Shown here: positions 1-8,227 of the stretch, piece after piece | Position numbering within the stretch: position 1 is the first letter of the stretch | Layout: each line of letters opens with the position of its first letter | Origin: a virus | Direction: 5' to 3' (one strand) | Length of the DNA: 64,000 nucleotides | Virus record (IMG/VR): IMGVR_UViG_3300045988_143923 | Translations under genes and position numbers: made by a program | Notes under the pieces: model-generated | What the model saw: only the letters and a program-made list of their open reading frames with translations | What the model was told of the DNA's origin: nothing | Database searches by the model: none

Positions 1-18
1 ATTGTTTGAGGTGAAATT

Positions 19-810
19 ATGATCGGCGCAATTATCGGTGATATTGTCGGCTCACGTTTCGAGTACGACAACATTAAAATCAAAGACTTTGAGTTGTTCA
101 CGGATGACTGCCACTTCACCGACGATACAGTTCTGACAGTTGCTGTCGCAGGTGCATTGTTAGACGGTGGCAGACCAAGTTATTCACAATTACAGAAGAG
201 CACAAGAGTGTGGTTGCGCGGTCTTGCAAAGAAGTACCCCACCGCAGACTATGGCACACGGTTTGAAGATTGGGTCAATAGCAAATCCGATGAGCCGACC
301 AACAGCTATGGGAATGGGGCTGCGAGTCGAATTTCTCCTGTCGGCTTTGTTACCGCAAGCCGTGAACAGACGATAACGCTCGCGGATACGATTACCGGCG
401 TAACGCATAATCATGTTCACGCGCTCATTGGTGCCAGCGCGGTGGCTGTGTCAACGTATTATGCGCGAATCAGGTGGCCAAAAGAGCAGATCAAGAAACA
501 CATCAACGAATATTTTTACCAAATGGACTTCACTCTGGATGAAATTCGGCCAACGTATTCGTATTCTCTGGCGTGCTGGGATACCGTCCCGCAGGCGCTC
601 GAAGCGTTTTTTGAATCGACCAGTTTTGAGGATGCTATCCGCAACGCGATTTCAATCGGTGGCGATAGCGATACGATTGCCGCAATTACCGGCGGTGTAG
701 CCGAAGCATACTATGGCGTGCCACAGGAATTAAGAGAAAAGGCCGAATCTTATCTGGATGAACGACTTCTTCGTGTTATCCATGCCTTTGAAAACCTATT
801 TGAACGATGA
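19..810 (+). CDS. ADP-ribosylglycohydrolase family protein (DraG/ARH-like)
   Basis: 263-aa ORF behind a GAGGTGA RBS. It has the N-terminal GAIIGDIVGSRFE and C-terminal GGDSDTIAAITGGVAEAYYG motifs typical of ADP-ribosylglycohydrolases. Confidence 0.85.
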   Translation: MIGAIIGDIVGSRFEYDNIKIKDFELFTDDCHFTDDTVLTVAVAGALLDGGRPSYSQLQKSTRVWLRGLAKKYPTADYGTRFEDWVNSKSDEPTNSYGNGAASRISPVGFVTASREQTITLADTITGVTHNHVHALIGASAVAVSTYYARIRWPKEQIKKHINEYFYQMDFTLDEIRPTYSYSLACWDTVPQALEAFFESTSFEDAIRNAISIGGDSDTIAAITGGVAEAYYGVPQELREKAESYLDERLLRVIHAFENLFER

Positions 811-822
811 GGTGTTTGTAGC

Positions 823-1200
823 GTGACGTTAGATGAAGCGATTGAACATTTTGAGCGTATATACTGGGCAAAAACAGATGAAGATGGTGTTGAGTTTCCG
901 CAGCTTTCGCGTTGGTTGACCGAACTGAAAGAACTGCGAAAATTATGCGACTCTAAGTTGATAGACAACCGCCCACTTACACCGCGCGAGTTGATGTCCT
1001 TAGACGGTGAAGTGGTTTGGGTTAAAACCCAAAACGACTACGTTGTAAGTCAGCGCATGGTGGTGGATTCGACCAATCAGGTATGTGGTTCATTGTTACC
1101 GGGAACTGTCTTGTCGTTTGTAGATGGAGCGAATCATAATTGTGCTTATTGGGACTTGTGGGCAGCTTATCGTCTCAAACAGGAGGATAAAGAAGCATGA
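823..1200 (+). CDS. hypothetical early protein
   Basis: 125-aa ORF (GTG start) tightly packed in the co-directional gene array. No motif recognised. Confidence 0.55.
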   Translation: MTLDEAIEHFERIYWAKTDEDGVEFPQLSRWLTELKELRKLCDSKLIDNRPLTPRELMSLDGEVVWVKTQNDYVVSQRMVVDSTNQVCGSLLPGTVLSFVDGANHNCAYWDLWAAYRLKQEDKEA

Positions 1201-1439
1201 AAATCATAAAGCACGGGTTTCGTAAACCGCCGAAACTAATGCGATACAGGTGGGAATGCGAGAGATGCGGGTGTTTGTTTGAATATACCTATGAAGACCT
1301 AACGGTTGAATGGCACTTCAAGTATGGCGGCGGACGTAAACAGGGAGAAGGGGTTCTTTACTGCCCGGATTGTGGCATGAGAATTCCTGTTACTGAGGTT
1401 TTTGGATTTGAGATAGAGGAGGATAAAAATGACGATTGA
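1197..1439 (+). CDS. small zinc-ribbon protein
   Basis: 80 aa with an ATGA start/stop overlap. Has CERC...CPDC cysteine pairs. Confidence 0.6.
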   Translation: MKIIKHGFRKPPKLMRYRWECERCGCLFEYTYEDLTVEWHFKYGGGRKQGEGVLYCPDCGMRIPVTEVFGFEIEEDKNDD

Positions 1440-1818
1440 TGCAGCTATTAGGTACGCGGATATGCTTGCGAATGATGCAAGCACGATCTGGGAAATCCCC
1501 ATGGTGGAAATCCAGAGGCTTCACACGCTATGTGCGGACACGTTGCGGACGGTAAACGCGATGAGAGCCGAACCTCAGTGCCCAAATGACGTTGCGACGG
1601 AAGCACCGGGCACATGGCAGCAGCGCATGAAGCGCGAGTACCGCGAGACGAAGGAACGCTACGAGAAGTTACACCGCATGGTGACGAAGTACGAGGCCGG
1701 AACACTTGACTTCACTCCCAACTGTTCTCTTGACCTGCTCCGCCAGCAGAAGCGCCACATGGGCGAATACCTGCACGATCTTGAAATCCGAGCTGAAGTT
1801 GAGGGGATTGAACTGTGA
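1429..1818 (+). CDS. hypothetical helical protein (resembles small crAss001_48-type phage proteins)
   Basis: 129 aa, overlaps the upstream stop. The charged helical C-terminal half (KERYEKLHRMV...LLRQQKRHMGEYLHDL) supports this, but family assignment is from memory only. Confidence 0.5.
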   Translation: MTIDAAIRYADMLANDASTIWEIPMVEIQRLHTLCADTLRTVNAMRAEPQCPNDVATEAPGTWQQRMKREYRETKERYEKLHRMVTKYEAGTLDFTPNCSLDLLRQQKRHMGEYLHDLEIRAEVEGIEL

Positions 1819-2012
1819 AAGTAATCACTCACGGGAAATTCGGCGCACGAAGACATAGATGTGTCGGGTGTGAATGTGTATTTGAGTACACGACGGACGA
1901 TATCCATCACGCGGGCACAGACGACTACGAGGGCACAGACGACGGCCGGAGATTATTCGTTCTGTGCCCCGAGTGCGGCAGACCAGTAGCAGCTGTGTGG
2001 AGGAAGAGATGA
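1815..2012 (+). CDS. small zinc-ribbon protein
   Basis: 65 aa with CVGC...CPEC and a start/stop overlap. Confidence 0.55.
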   Translation: MKVITHGKFGARRHRCVGCECVFEYTTDDIHHAGTDDYEGTDDGRRLFVLCPECGRPVAAVWRKR

Positions 2013-2152
2013 ACATGTGGGACGATAACGACTACTGTTACGAATGCACCGGATACGGTGATGACTGGTACGAGGATGAGAACGGCGAACTTCAATCTCG
2101 CTGCGGTGACTGCCCGTTTAATCCGTCATACGATCCCGAGGAAGATTGGTAA
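2009..2152 (+). CDS. small acidic Cys-rich protein
   Basis: ATG at 2009 overlaps the upstream TGA (ATGA). Has CYEC...CGDC. Confidence 0.45.
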   Translation: MNMWDDNDYCYECTGYGDDWYEDENGELQSRCGDCPFNPSYDPEEDW

Positions 2153-2424
2153 TGTACGACAGCTTCATCGACATTTGGGAGGGAAGCCCTATGTGGGGAC
2201 AACACATCGAAGACTGGAAAACATCAGAAGAACAGAACGACGATTCATCCAACCGCTGGATTGTCGAGCTGGCGGATAACGGCTGGATGGATCACATCTG
2301 TCCTCGATGCCATTACAAGCGCAATCTGGACAACCATGTAATCAACACATATAGATATTGCCCGTACTGCGGCACACGACTCTATGGAGGAGGAAACGAC
2401 GATGGGTCTCGACGTTACGATTAA
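2146..2424 (+). CDS. small zinc-ribbon protein
   Basis: 92 aa with CPRC...CPYC. Confidence 0.55.
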   Translation: MVMYDSFIDIWEGSPMWGQHIEDWKTSEEQNDDSSNRWIVELADNGWMDHICPRCHYKRNLDNHVINTYRYCPYCGTRLYGGGNDDGSRRYD

Positions 2425-2719
2425 GGAAATACAAGAGTTTCGTTGTCCAGACTGCGGTAAGCTCGTAACGACAAAGGATGTCAATGAGGTCAGTGTCGGA
2501 GGGCTTGACTGGCGCGACTTCTTAAAGTCAATCGACTATTACGCTGAGGGCGGCGATAGCGATTGGTACGGCAAAGACATGGTACTTACCGACGAACAGG
2601 CTCGTGAGCTTGCCAAGTATTCTGTCAAAAATGTTTACTGGCCGAACAACGATATCGAAAAGCTCGTGGCCGTCGCTCTGCTGAGAGGTCATAAGGTGGT
2701 TGTCAATGCAGATTGGTGA
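2402..2719 (+). CDS. hypothetical protein with CPDC motif
   Basis: ATG at 2402 preceded by a GGAGGAGG RBS. The ORF track offers an alternative start at 2384. Confidence 0.55.
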   Translation: MGLDVTIKEIQEFRCPDCGKLVTTKDVNEVSVGGLDWRDFLKSIDYYAEGGDSDWYGKDMVLTDEQARELAKYSVKNVYWPNNDIEKLVAVALLRGHKVVVNADW

Positions 2720-2900
2720 TACACAAATCATTTATTGCCGAAACTGCAAATTCTACGGAGTAGGAGAGGAAGGCGTTAAAGATTGTCTTAATCCGTATGG
2801 GTTATTCCTCTCCAAGGAATTTGATTTTTGCAGCTTAGCAGAGTTAAAAAGTAATAGCGAAGGAGAACAAAATAAAAGCTGGCTTAATGCTCGCGGTTAA
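2700..2900 (+). CDS. small Cys-containing hypothetical protein
   Basis: 66-aa ORF containing CRNC. The start is uncertain. Confidence 0.4.
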   Translation: MSMQIGDTQIIYCRNCKFYGVGEEGVKDCLNPYGLFLSKEFDFCSLAELKSNSEGEQNKSWLNARG

Positions 2901-2939
2901 TCCACAAGCAAAAGGAAGAATGAAGGAGAAAGAGCAAAA

Positions 2940-3227
2940 ATGAGTTTTCCATATCGAGAAAAAATGAACAATCTCAGAACTGGCGATATTTTTGAGAAAG
3001 ACGGGGTTGTTTATGCAGCGTTAAGTGGACCTTCATATTTTGTGGACCTATCTTGCTGCACAATGATCGTGACAATACCAAAAATTATGAAAGAAAAAAT
3101 GATTTTTGATGGCGATTTCGACTTCATTTTAGTCGTTCCGGAAGAAGAAGTTGAAGTAGTAGGCGTAGATATAAACGTGATAGCAAAACATAACGAAGTA
3201 GTTTGTCAGCAATCTAAAAAGAGGTAA
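2940..3227 (+). CDS. hypothetical protein, tandem paralogue A
   Basis: 95 aa. Its N-terminus MSFPYREKMNNLRTGDIF matches the next gene's MDFPQTKKMRDLRTGDVF. Confidence 0.6.
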   Translation: MSFPYREKMNNLRTGDIFEKDGVVYAALSGPSYFVDLSCCTMIVTIPKIMKEKMIFDGDFDFILVVPEEEVEVVGVDINVIAKHNEVVCQQSKKR

Positions 3228-3233
3228 TTCAAG

Positions 3234-3506
3234 ATGGACTTTCCACAGACAAAGAAAATGCGTGATCTCAGGACTGGCGACGTTTTTGTGCGAGACGACT
3301 TTACATATGTAGCAATCGCCGACCCATACTACGGCACAGTCTGGGTGACAAAGCCGGAATTCATAAACGAAGAGGGAGTATACAGCTACACATCGGCTGC
3401 TTTACTGCAATACGAACCAGAAGATGAGGCAGAAGTCATCGGTCAAGATGAGCGCTCTCTGAAGATGTTCCGGCGAAAACACACTTATTCTAATGAAAAG
3501 GAGTAA
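3234..3506 (+). CDS. hypothetical protein, tandem paralogue B
   Basis: 90 aa, clear paralogue of 2940..3227. Confidence 0.6.
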   Translation: MDFPQTKKMRDLRTGDVFVRDDFTYVAIADPYYGTVWVTKPEFINEEGVYSYTSAALLQYEPEDEAEVIGQDERSLKMFRRKHTYSNEKE

Positions 3507-3511
3507 CCTAA

Positions 3512-3712
3512 ATGCGACTTTACTGGCTCTTACTTATTATCCCGTTCTTTGCTCTGTCTGTCATGGACGTAAAGAAGGCATGTGGGAAGATCAAAGACGC
3601 CCGCAGGAACCCGGTAGTTCGTGATGACGCACTGAATCTCGGACTCTCCGTGTACTCACTGATTGTCTGTGCGGTTCTAATGATCCTGATGATGCTCGGG
3701 GTAATCGGATGA
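3512..3712 (+). CDS. small membrane protein
   Basis: 66 aa with two hydrophobic segments. Confidence 0.5.
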   Translation: MRLYWLLLIIPFFALSVMDVKKACGKIKDARRNPVVRDDALNLGLSVYSLIVCAVLMILMMLGVIG

Positions 3713-3852
3713 TCTTCTGGGGCTCGCTCTTCGTTATAACTGTGACAATGGATTGGCTTATTGTTAATGCGTCAACAGAAGAAGAAGAACTAGTCGCAGC
3801 AGTTCTCGGAATCATAGCGATGATTATGATACTTGTGTACTTTGTGCGGTAA
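3709..3852 (+). CDS. small membrane protein (below the ORF-track size cutoff)
   Basis: 47-aa ORF read by hand. It has an ATGA overlap with the upstream stop and hydrophobic ends. Confidence 0.35.
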   Translation: MIFWGSLFVITVTMDWLIVNASTEEEELVAAVLGIIAMIMILVYFVR

Positions 3853-3861
3853 GGAGATTTT

Positions 3862-4053
3862 ATGACAGCAGGAATTATTGCACTCTTATTCGGTGTGGCC
3901 GGGCTTATCATAAACACGTCCTCTGGCCGAGTAAAAGGCGACCGAATTCTACGATGGCAGCTTAGAAGTGCCGCAGAATCGTGTTTCATCTTCTCGGTTT
4001 TGTTCTGGATGGCTTTCGCATTCCACTTGATTTGTACGATGAGAGGTGCGTAA
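3862..4053 (+). CDS. small membrane protein
   Basis: 63 aa, hydrophobic, with a GGAG RBS. Confidence 0.45.
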   Translation: MTAGIIALLFGVAGLIINTSSGRVKGDRILRWQLRSAAESCFIFSVLFWMAFAFHLICTMRGA

Positions 4054-4077
4054 CGTGAAAAATATGTGAACACAGCA

Positions 4078-4245
4078 ATGATTACTTCTGGTTCCGCGGA
4101 CGATTTTAATAAACGCTTAGCGAGTACGATTGAGGATTTTCAGAATCATGGCTGTGAAGTTGAAGTTCAGTATCAAACTGTGTTCAGAAAATCCTCTGAA
4201 CATTTTCTATACACCGCTTTAGTTCTCGCATATCGAATGGAGTGA
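4078..4245 (+). CDS. small hypothetical protein
   Basis: 55-aa ORF read by hand that fills the gap between neighbouring genes. Confidence 0.3.
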   Translation: MITSGSADDFNKRLASTIEDFQNHGCEVEVQYQTVFRKSSEHFLYTALVLAYRME

Positions 4246-4451
4246 TTGTTATGTTTTTGAGATGGTATCGCAGAAAAATCGCAGAAGCAGTTGAAGCAAG
4301 AATGTCATATATGGCAACTTGCCTGAATGAGCGTGACATCATTTTGAACCTTATCGCCCCAAAAGATTACAAACGAAAGGGTATACCCCATTGTAGCACA
4401 GATTGCCACAATAACTCATGTTATTCCTATCGTGCCAATAAGAAAGGCTGA
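4242..4451 (+). CDS. hypothetical protein
   Basis: 69-aa ORF. An alternative ATG lies at 4251. Confidence 0.4.
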   Translation: MIVMFLRWYRRKIAEAVEARMSYMATCLNERDIILNLIAPKDYKRKGIPHCSTDCHNNSCYSYRANKKG

Positions 4452-4458
4452 TTTGATT

Positions 4459-4767
4459 ATGCAATACGTTCCAAAAATTCAAAAAGGTGATATTGCTGAC
4501 ATATATGTGGCTGGCATGAAATTATTCTCGGTCAGACTCGGAGAGATTGATTGTTCTTTCGAAACGGCCGAAATCAGAAATGAAGTCAGGCCGGGTGTAG
4601 TTGAAGTGACAATTCCTGCGGATTTTGTACCTAACTGCAAAATCACAATAGAAGGAACTGTCCAGTCAGACGTAGAACTCTCCTTTACAAAATCCGTATC
4701 GCCCGAGAGGGCCGCTACGGCTGACGATATGATCAGCAAATTACAACAATTCATTATCGAAAAGTAA
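4459..4767 (+). CDS. hypothetical protein
   Basis: ORF 4432..4767. The ATG at 4459 avoids overlap with the upstream gene. Confidence 0.5.
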   Translation: MQYVPKIQKGDIADIYVAGMKLFSVRLGEIDCSFETAEIRNEVRPGVVEVTIPADFVPNCKITIEGTVQSDVELSFTKSVSPERAATADDMISKLQQFIIEK

Positions 4768-4794
4768 ATCTGAGCGTGAAAGGAACTGAATCAG

Positions 4795-5592
4795 GTGGCA
4801 AATAATAATTATTGGATAGGCAAAGAGGCACGAGCTAAAAGGGCTGCCGAATGGACAACTAAGAATACGAGAGAACACAGCGAGGAAATAAGACGAAGCG
4901 TTGCCAACGCTAAGATCTACGATGATGAGGATGGACGCAAGCGCGTTTTCATGCCAGGCGCACCCACCTCTGTGCCGGTTCTTCGCTTGCTCGCAGAAGA
5001 TTCTGTTACGGCACTTTGTAATTGCAAAGCAAAGCATCCCTCGCAAAAGGTCGCCGTGCTCAATTTCGCGTCCTACAAGAACCCCGGCGGCATGTTCCTA
5101 AAAGGCAGTCGTGCACAGGAAGAGTGCCTGTGCCACGAGTCGTTCTTGTATAATGTGTTGCGTGAGTTTGAGGAAGAGTATTATAGTCAGAATCGAAAAA
5201 CGCTGCGCCGAGCAATGTACACCAATCGCGCCATTTATGCCCCTGATGTACACTTTTACCACAACGGGGGAGATGTGACCTGCGACGTCATTACATGTGC
5301 AGCTCCCAATTTTTCTGCAGGTGCCAAATACGCGAACGTAGATCCCGCAACTAACAGCAAAGCCTTATTTTCTCGTATCCGCTTTGTTTTGGACGTTGCC
5401 GCAGCGCAGAAAGTAGATACGCTCGTTCTTGGCGCGTTCGGCTGCGGTGTATTTGGACAGAACCCAACGGAGGTAGCTGAGATCATGCGAGACCTTGCAG
5501 GAAAATATCCTTTTGCTGAAGTCGTATTCGCAATACCTGACCCAAACCATGAGAACTATGTTTCGTTTGCTAAGGTTTTCGATAATCACTAA
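4795..5592 (+). CDS. TIGR02452-type macrodomain protein (microbial PARG-like ADP-ribose hydrolase)
   Basis: 265 aa. The signature VAVLNFASYKNPGGMFLKGSRAQEECLCHESFLYNVL plus LVLGAFGCGVFGQNP matches the bacterial PARG-like/DUF2263 family. Confidence 0.8.
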   Translation: MANNNYWIGKEARAKRAAEWTTKNTREHSEEIRRSVANAKIYDDEDGRKRVFMPGAPTSVPVLRLLAEDSVTALCNCKAKHPSQKVAVLNFASYKNPGGMFLKGSRAQEECLCHESFLYNVLREFEEEYYSQNRKTLRRAMYTNRAIYAPDVHFYHNGGDVTCDVITCAAPNFSAGAKYANVDPATNSKALFSRIRFVLDVAAAQKVDTLVLGAFGCGVFGQNPTEVAEIMRDLAGKYPFAEVVFAIPDPNHENYVSFAKVFDNH

Positions 5593-5621
5593 TTTTCGGA
5601 TTACTAGAAGGAGGATTTTAT

Positions 5622-5807
5622 ATGGACTTTTCTGAGCGATTCCCTGACATGAAAGTCGGAGAAGCAAAGCACGCACTTCTCAAGCATCAGATCAGCTTGC
5701 CATGCTGTATCTGTGGGAAGAAAACTCCATTCTCCGATCTCCGTTTTGGGCGAAGACTTTGCAGTTCAGAATGCTTTGATTACTTTTATGAGGATGTGTA
5801 CGGATGA
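5622..5807 (+). CDS. small zinc-binding protein
   Basis: 61 aa with CCICGKK...CSSEC. Confidence 0.5.
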   Translation: MDFSERFPDMKVGEAKHALLKHQISLPCCICGKKTPFSDLRFGRRLCSSECFDYFYEDVYG

Positions 5808-6118
5808 AGAAGATTTTTATTACTGCTACGGTTGTTTGCTTATCCTTGGTGACATTAACTGGCTGTTCGGTTACGGTGCGAGAGTCATCTGAAGATCCCG
5901 ATGCCATCTCGACTATTGGACTTAGATCAAGCCAAGGAAGCGGATTGTTTTGTGACGTTTGCGGTAAAGAGTTGAGTAACCGAGAATGCGGCGAAGACTA
6001 TCAGATTACGTTTTTCAGAGGGCGTCTCGTAGAGGAGACCTACAACTTAGTATGTCCTGATTGCGCAGACAACATTGAAGCGTACATTGAACAATTAAAG
6101 AACAGAGATGAGAAATGA
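5804..6118 (+). CDS. lipoprotein with C-terminal zinc-ribbon
   Basis: Signal peptide plus lipobox (LVTLTGC). The C-terminal CDVCG...CPDCADNIEAYI motif is shared with 6837..7058. Confidence 0.6.
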   Translation: MKKIFITATVVCLSLVTLTGCSVTVRESSEDPDAISTIGLRSSQGSGLFCDVCGKELSNRECGEDYQITFFRGRLVEETYNLVCPDCADNIEAYIEQLKNRDEK

Positions 6119-6124
6119 GGTTTT

Positions 6125-6514
6125 ATGAAGATCAGAGGATTCACCAGTTCGGATTCCCCGAACTTAGAAAAAGATATGAAACAGGCATTGCTGTATCATT
6201 CTATCGTAAAGGTCGAAGAGGTAGACGGTCAGACCGGTCGGCTTATTTTAGACGATGGTACGCGACTGATCGTAATCGGGAACGAGGGCTGTGGCGGCTG
6301 TGGCAATGGGTGGTTCTACTTAACCAAGCTCAACACTTGTGAAAATATGATTACGGATGTTAAGTGTTCCGATGATTTTGATGATGGGGATGAAGTGTTC
6401 TCGCTGTTCGTTTATTCTGTGAACCAGCCAGCAACCGAAGTTCTTCGTTACGAAGGTTATGACAACGGATATTACGGAACAGGTTATCGTGTTTATGTCG
6501 AAATCGAGGAATAA
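6125..6514 (+). CDS. hypothetical protein (GNEGCGGCGNGWF motif)
   Basis: 129-aa ORF in the packed array. Confidence 0.55.
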   Translation: MKIRGFTSSDSPNLEKDMKQALLYHSIVKVEEVDGQTGRLILDDGTRLIVIGNEGCGGCGNGWFYLTKLNTCENMITDVKCSDDFDDGDEVFSLFVYSVNQPATEVLRYEGYDNGYYGTGYRVYVEIEE

Positions 6515-6516
6515 AT

Positions 6517-6831
6517 ATGAAGAAATTTTTCATTATGGTTGCGGTCATTTTCTCTCTTCTCGCCCTGCTGACCGGATGCAGTGATGCGGAGATAGTCGGA
6601 GACAACCGTTTAGAGCAGACCCTCGCCAGAGACTTTGGCGGCACAACTATCATCAACCTCGAACCAAATCTGAAACTCGAAGAGATTACTTGGAAGGACG
6701 ACGACCTTTGGTATCTCACTCGACCGATGCGCGAGGATGAGGAGCCTAAGACGCACACCTTTACAGAGAAGGGCGGTCTCGGAACCGTCTTTGATGGTGG
6801 CGCCGTTATTGTCGTTGAGAGAAAGGAATAA
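6517..6831 (+). CDS. lipoprotein
   Basis: MKKFFIMVAVIFSLLALLTGC signal peptide with lipobox. Confidence 0.6.
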   Translation: MKKFFIMVAVIFSLLALLTGCSDAEIVGDNRLEQTLARDFGGTTIINLEPNLKLEEITWKDDDLWYLTRPMREDEEPKTHTFTEKGGLGTVFDGGAVIVVERKE

Positions 6832-6836
6832 ATCTG

Positions 6837-7058
6837 ATGACCAGAGTATTTTGTGACATCTGTGGAGAACAAATCTATTACGGACTGATGGAACCAGTTT
6901 ACAGAATCAATATGCATGCAGTAAGCGGGAATGTAGTCAATGGAGACGAATCTTATGACTACGAGGAAGTTTGTTCTAAGTGCGTCAAGAATATCGCATC
7001 CTATATTAAAGGAATGCCCAGACCGTACATACTACCTTCTGAAGACGTAAAAGGTTAA
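6837..7058 (+). CDS. small zinc-ribbon protein
   Basis: 73 aa with CDICGE...CSKCVKNIASYI. Confidence 0.5.
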   Translation: MTRVFCDICGEQIYYGLMEPVYRINMHAVSGNVVNGDESYDYEEVCSKCVKNIASYIKGMPRPYILPSEDVKG

Positions 7059-7090
7059 TTTGGAGTGACTTACAATGAGCGAAACTTCAA

Positions 7091-7288
7091 TTGCAACCAG
7101 TGCAAAGCAAACCGAAAATAGCTGAAAGAGAATCAGAAGAAGAGGAGAGAACAGTGACCAAAGGACGTTACACCAGAGATTTTTATTTCCTGCCGACCAT
7201 TCTGCTTCACAACGGCGAATGTTATGTCAGCGTCGAGCTTGCATGGCTCAAGTGGTATATCGGTATTGTTCTTGCGGAGGATTTCTAA
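7091..7288 (+). CDS. hypothetical protein (start uncertain; GTG at 7154 has the better RBS)
   Basis: ORF-track frame with a hydrophobic C-terminus. Confidence 0.35.
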   Translation: MQPVQSKPKIAERESEEEERTVTKGRYTRDFYFLPTILLHNGECYVSVELAWLKWYIGIVLAEDF

Positions 7289-7644
7289 TGAGTGACATTT
7301 CAGATCTTAGCCCCAAGGCACAGGAGCTTTACCGCAAAATCATGAGCGGCAAATATCTCACAGAACAGAGCGATGATATTCCTCTGCCGATGCGCCGCTA
7401 TTTCTGCCAAACACTCCATCTGGTTCGCGGATGGTTTGAAAGTCACCAAGACCAGATGAGGTTGTACTGTATGAACAGCACAGCCGGAGCAATCGCCATT
7501 CTCAAAGAGATGGAGAAGAATCCTGACGAGCTGATGAAGGGAGACTTCGCAGAGTTTCCGGTACCGGAACCGTTTAACACGAAGTTCAAGAAAAGAGCAA
7601 AGAAAATGCGAGAAAAACTCGCGAAAAAAGAGAAGAGTGAGTAA
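7288..7644 (+). CDS. hypothetical protein
   Basis: ATG at 7288 overlaps the upstream TAA. 118 aa with a lysine-rich tail. Confidence 0.55.
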   Translation: MSDISDLSPKAQELYRKIMSGKYLTEQSDDIPLPMRRYFCQTLHLVRGWFESHQDQMRLYCMNSTAGAIAILKEMEKNPDELMKGDFAEFPVPEPFNTKFKKRAKKMREKLAKKEKSE

Positions 7645-7646
7645 AG

Positions 7647-7775
7647 ATGGGAATTCCACAGATTATTGTCCTCATCTGGACAGCGTTAGAACTCTGCATT
7701 GGGTGGTATTATCACGGACAGCCGCTGCCGGGCAAAATTGATTTTCGCGTGCAGTGGATTTTCATGTGCGATTAA
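7647..7775 (+). CDS. small membrane protein
   Basis: 42-aa ORF read by hand, starting 3 nt after the upstream stop. Confidence 0.3.
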   Translation: MGIPQIIVLIWTALELCIGWYYHGQPLPGKIDFRVQWIFMCD

Positions 7776-7810
7776 ACTCATCGTTCTGGGGGCCGGCGGC
7801 TTCTTCGATT

Positions 7811-7841
7811 AAAAAAAGCTGACGTCAATCGTCAGCTTTTA
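7811..7841. terminator. bidirectional rho-independent terminator
   Basis: AGCTGACG/CGTCAGCT hairpin flanked by an A-run and a T-run, lying between convergent genes. Confidence 0.6.
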
Positions 7842-8166
7842 AGGTTTGAGCGAGTTTCTTTTTCTCGCGGCATTTTTTAATTCGCATCGCGTTCACAGTC
7901 GTGCCCCAGTCTTTGCGCGGGCCCTTCCTATAAGGAATGTAAGAGGAGACTGCGCTTGTAGATATTTTCAAAAGCTCAGCTATGTCCTTAGTCGGCATGC
8001 CTGCTACATATAGCTGTTGAATACGTTTTGCCCGTTCGGAAGTATACAGACCGGCTGTAATCAGTGTTCTCCTGACCGTTTGCTCGGAGATATTCAAAAC
8101 CGCGGCGACCCCTTTTATGCTCTGCGAGAGTCTATACTACTCCAGAATGTCATTGTACTGGCTCAT
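7825..8166 (-). CDS. double helix-turn-helix regulator containing an in-frame TAG (codon 10)
   Basis: ATG at 8166 sits behind an AAAAGAGGTGAGGAT RBS. The reading is MSQYNDILE-TAG-YRLSQSIKGVAAVLNISEQTVRR..., and the first HTH spans the TAG-proximal region. The ORF track only reports 7825..8097. Confidence 0.55.
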
Positions 8167-8227
8167 ATCCTCACCTCTTTTGTCTATTATACCATAAATA
8201 AGTTACGGGAACAAGGAGTGAAATCTA

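Noticed and set aside
7647-7810. Possible +1 frameshift in the small membrane ORF. A second frame encodes a hydrophobic ..AIKLIVLGAGGFFD tail.
   Set aside because: There is no slippery site, both frames are very short, and I cannot distinguish this from chance. Only the ATG-initiated frame is reported, at low confidence.
8137-8139. Pyrrolysine decoding of the in-frame TAGs.
   Set aside because: No pylT/pylS/pylBCD genes or PYLIS-like context is visible in the window. I cannot exclude it for the host, but nothing here supports it.
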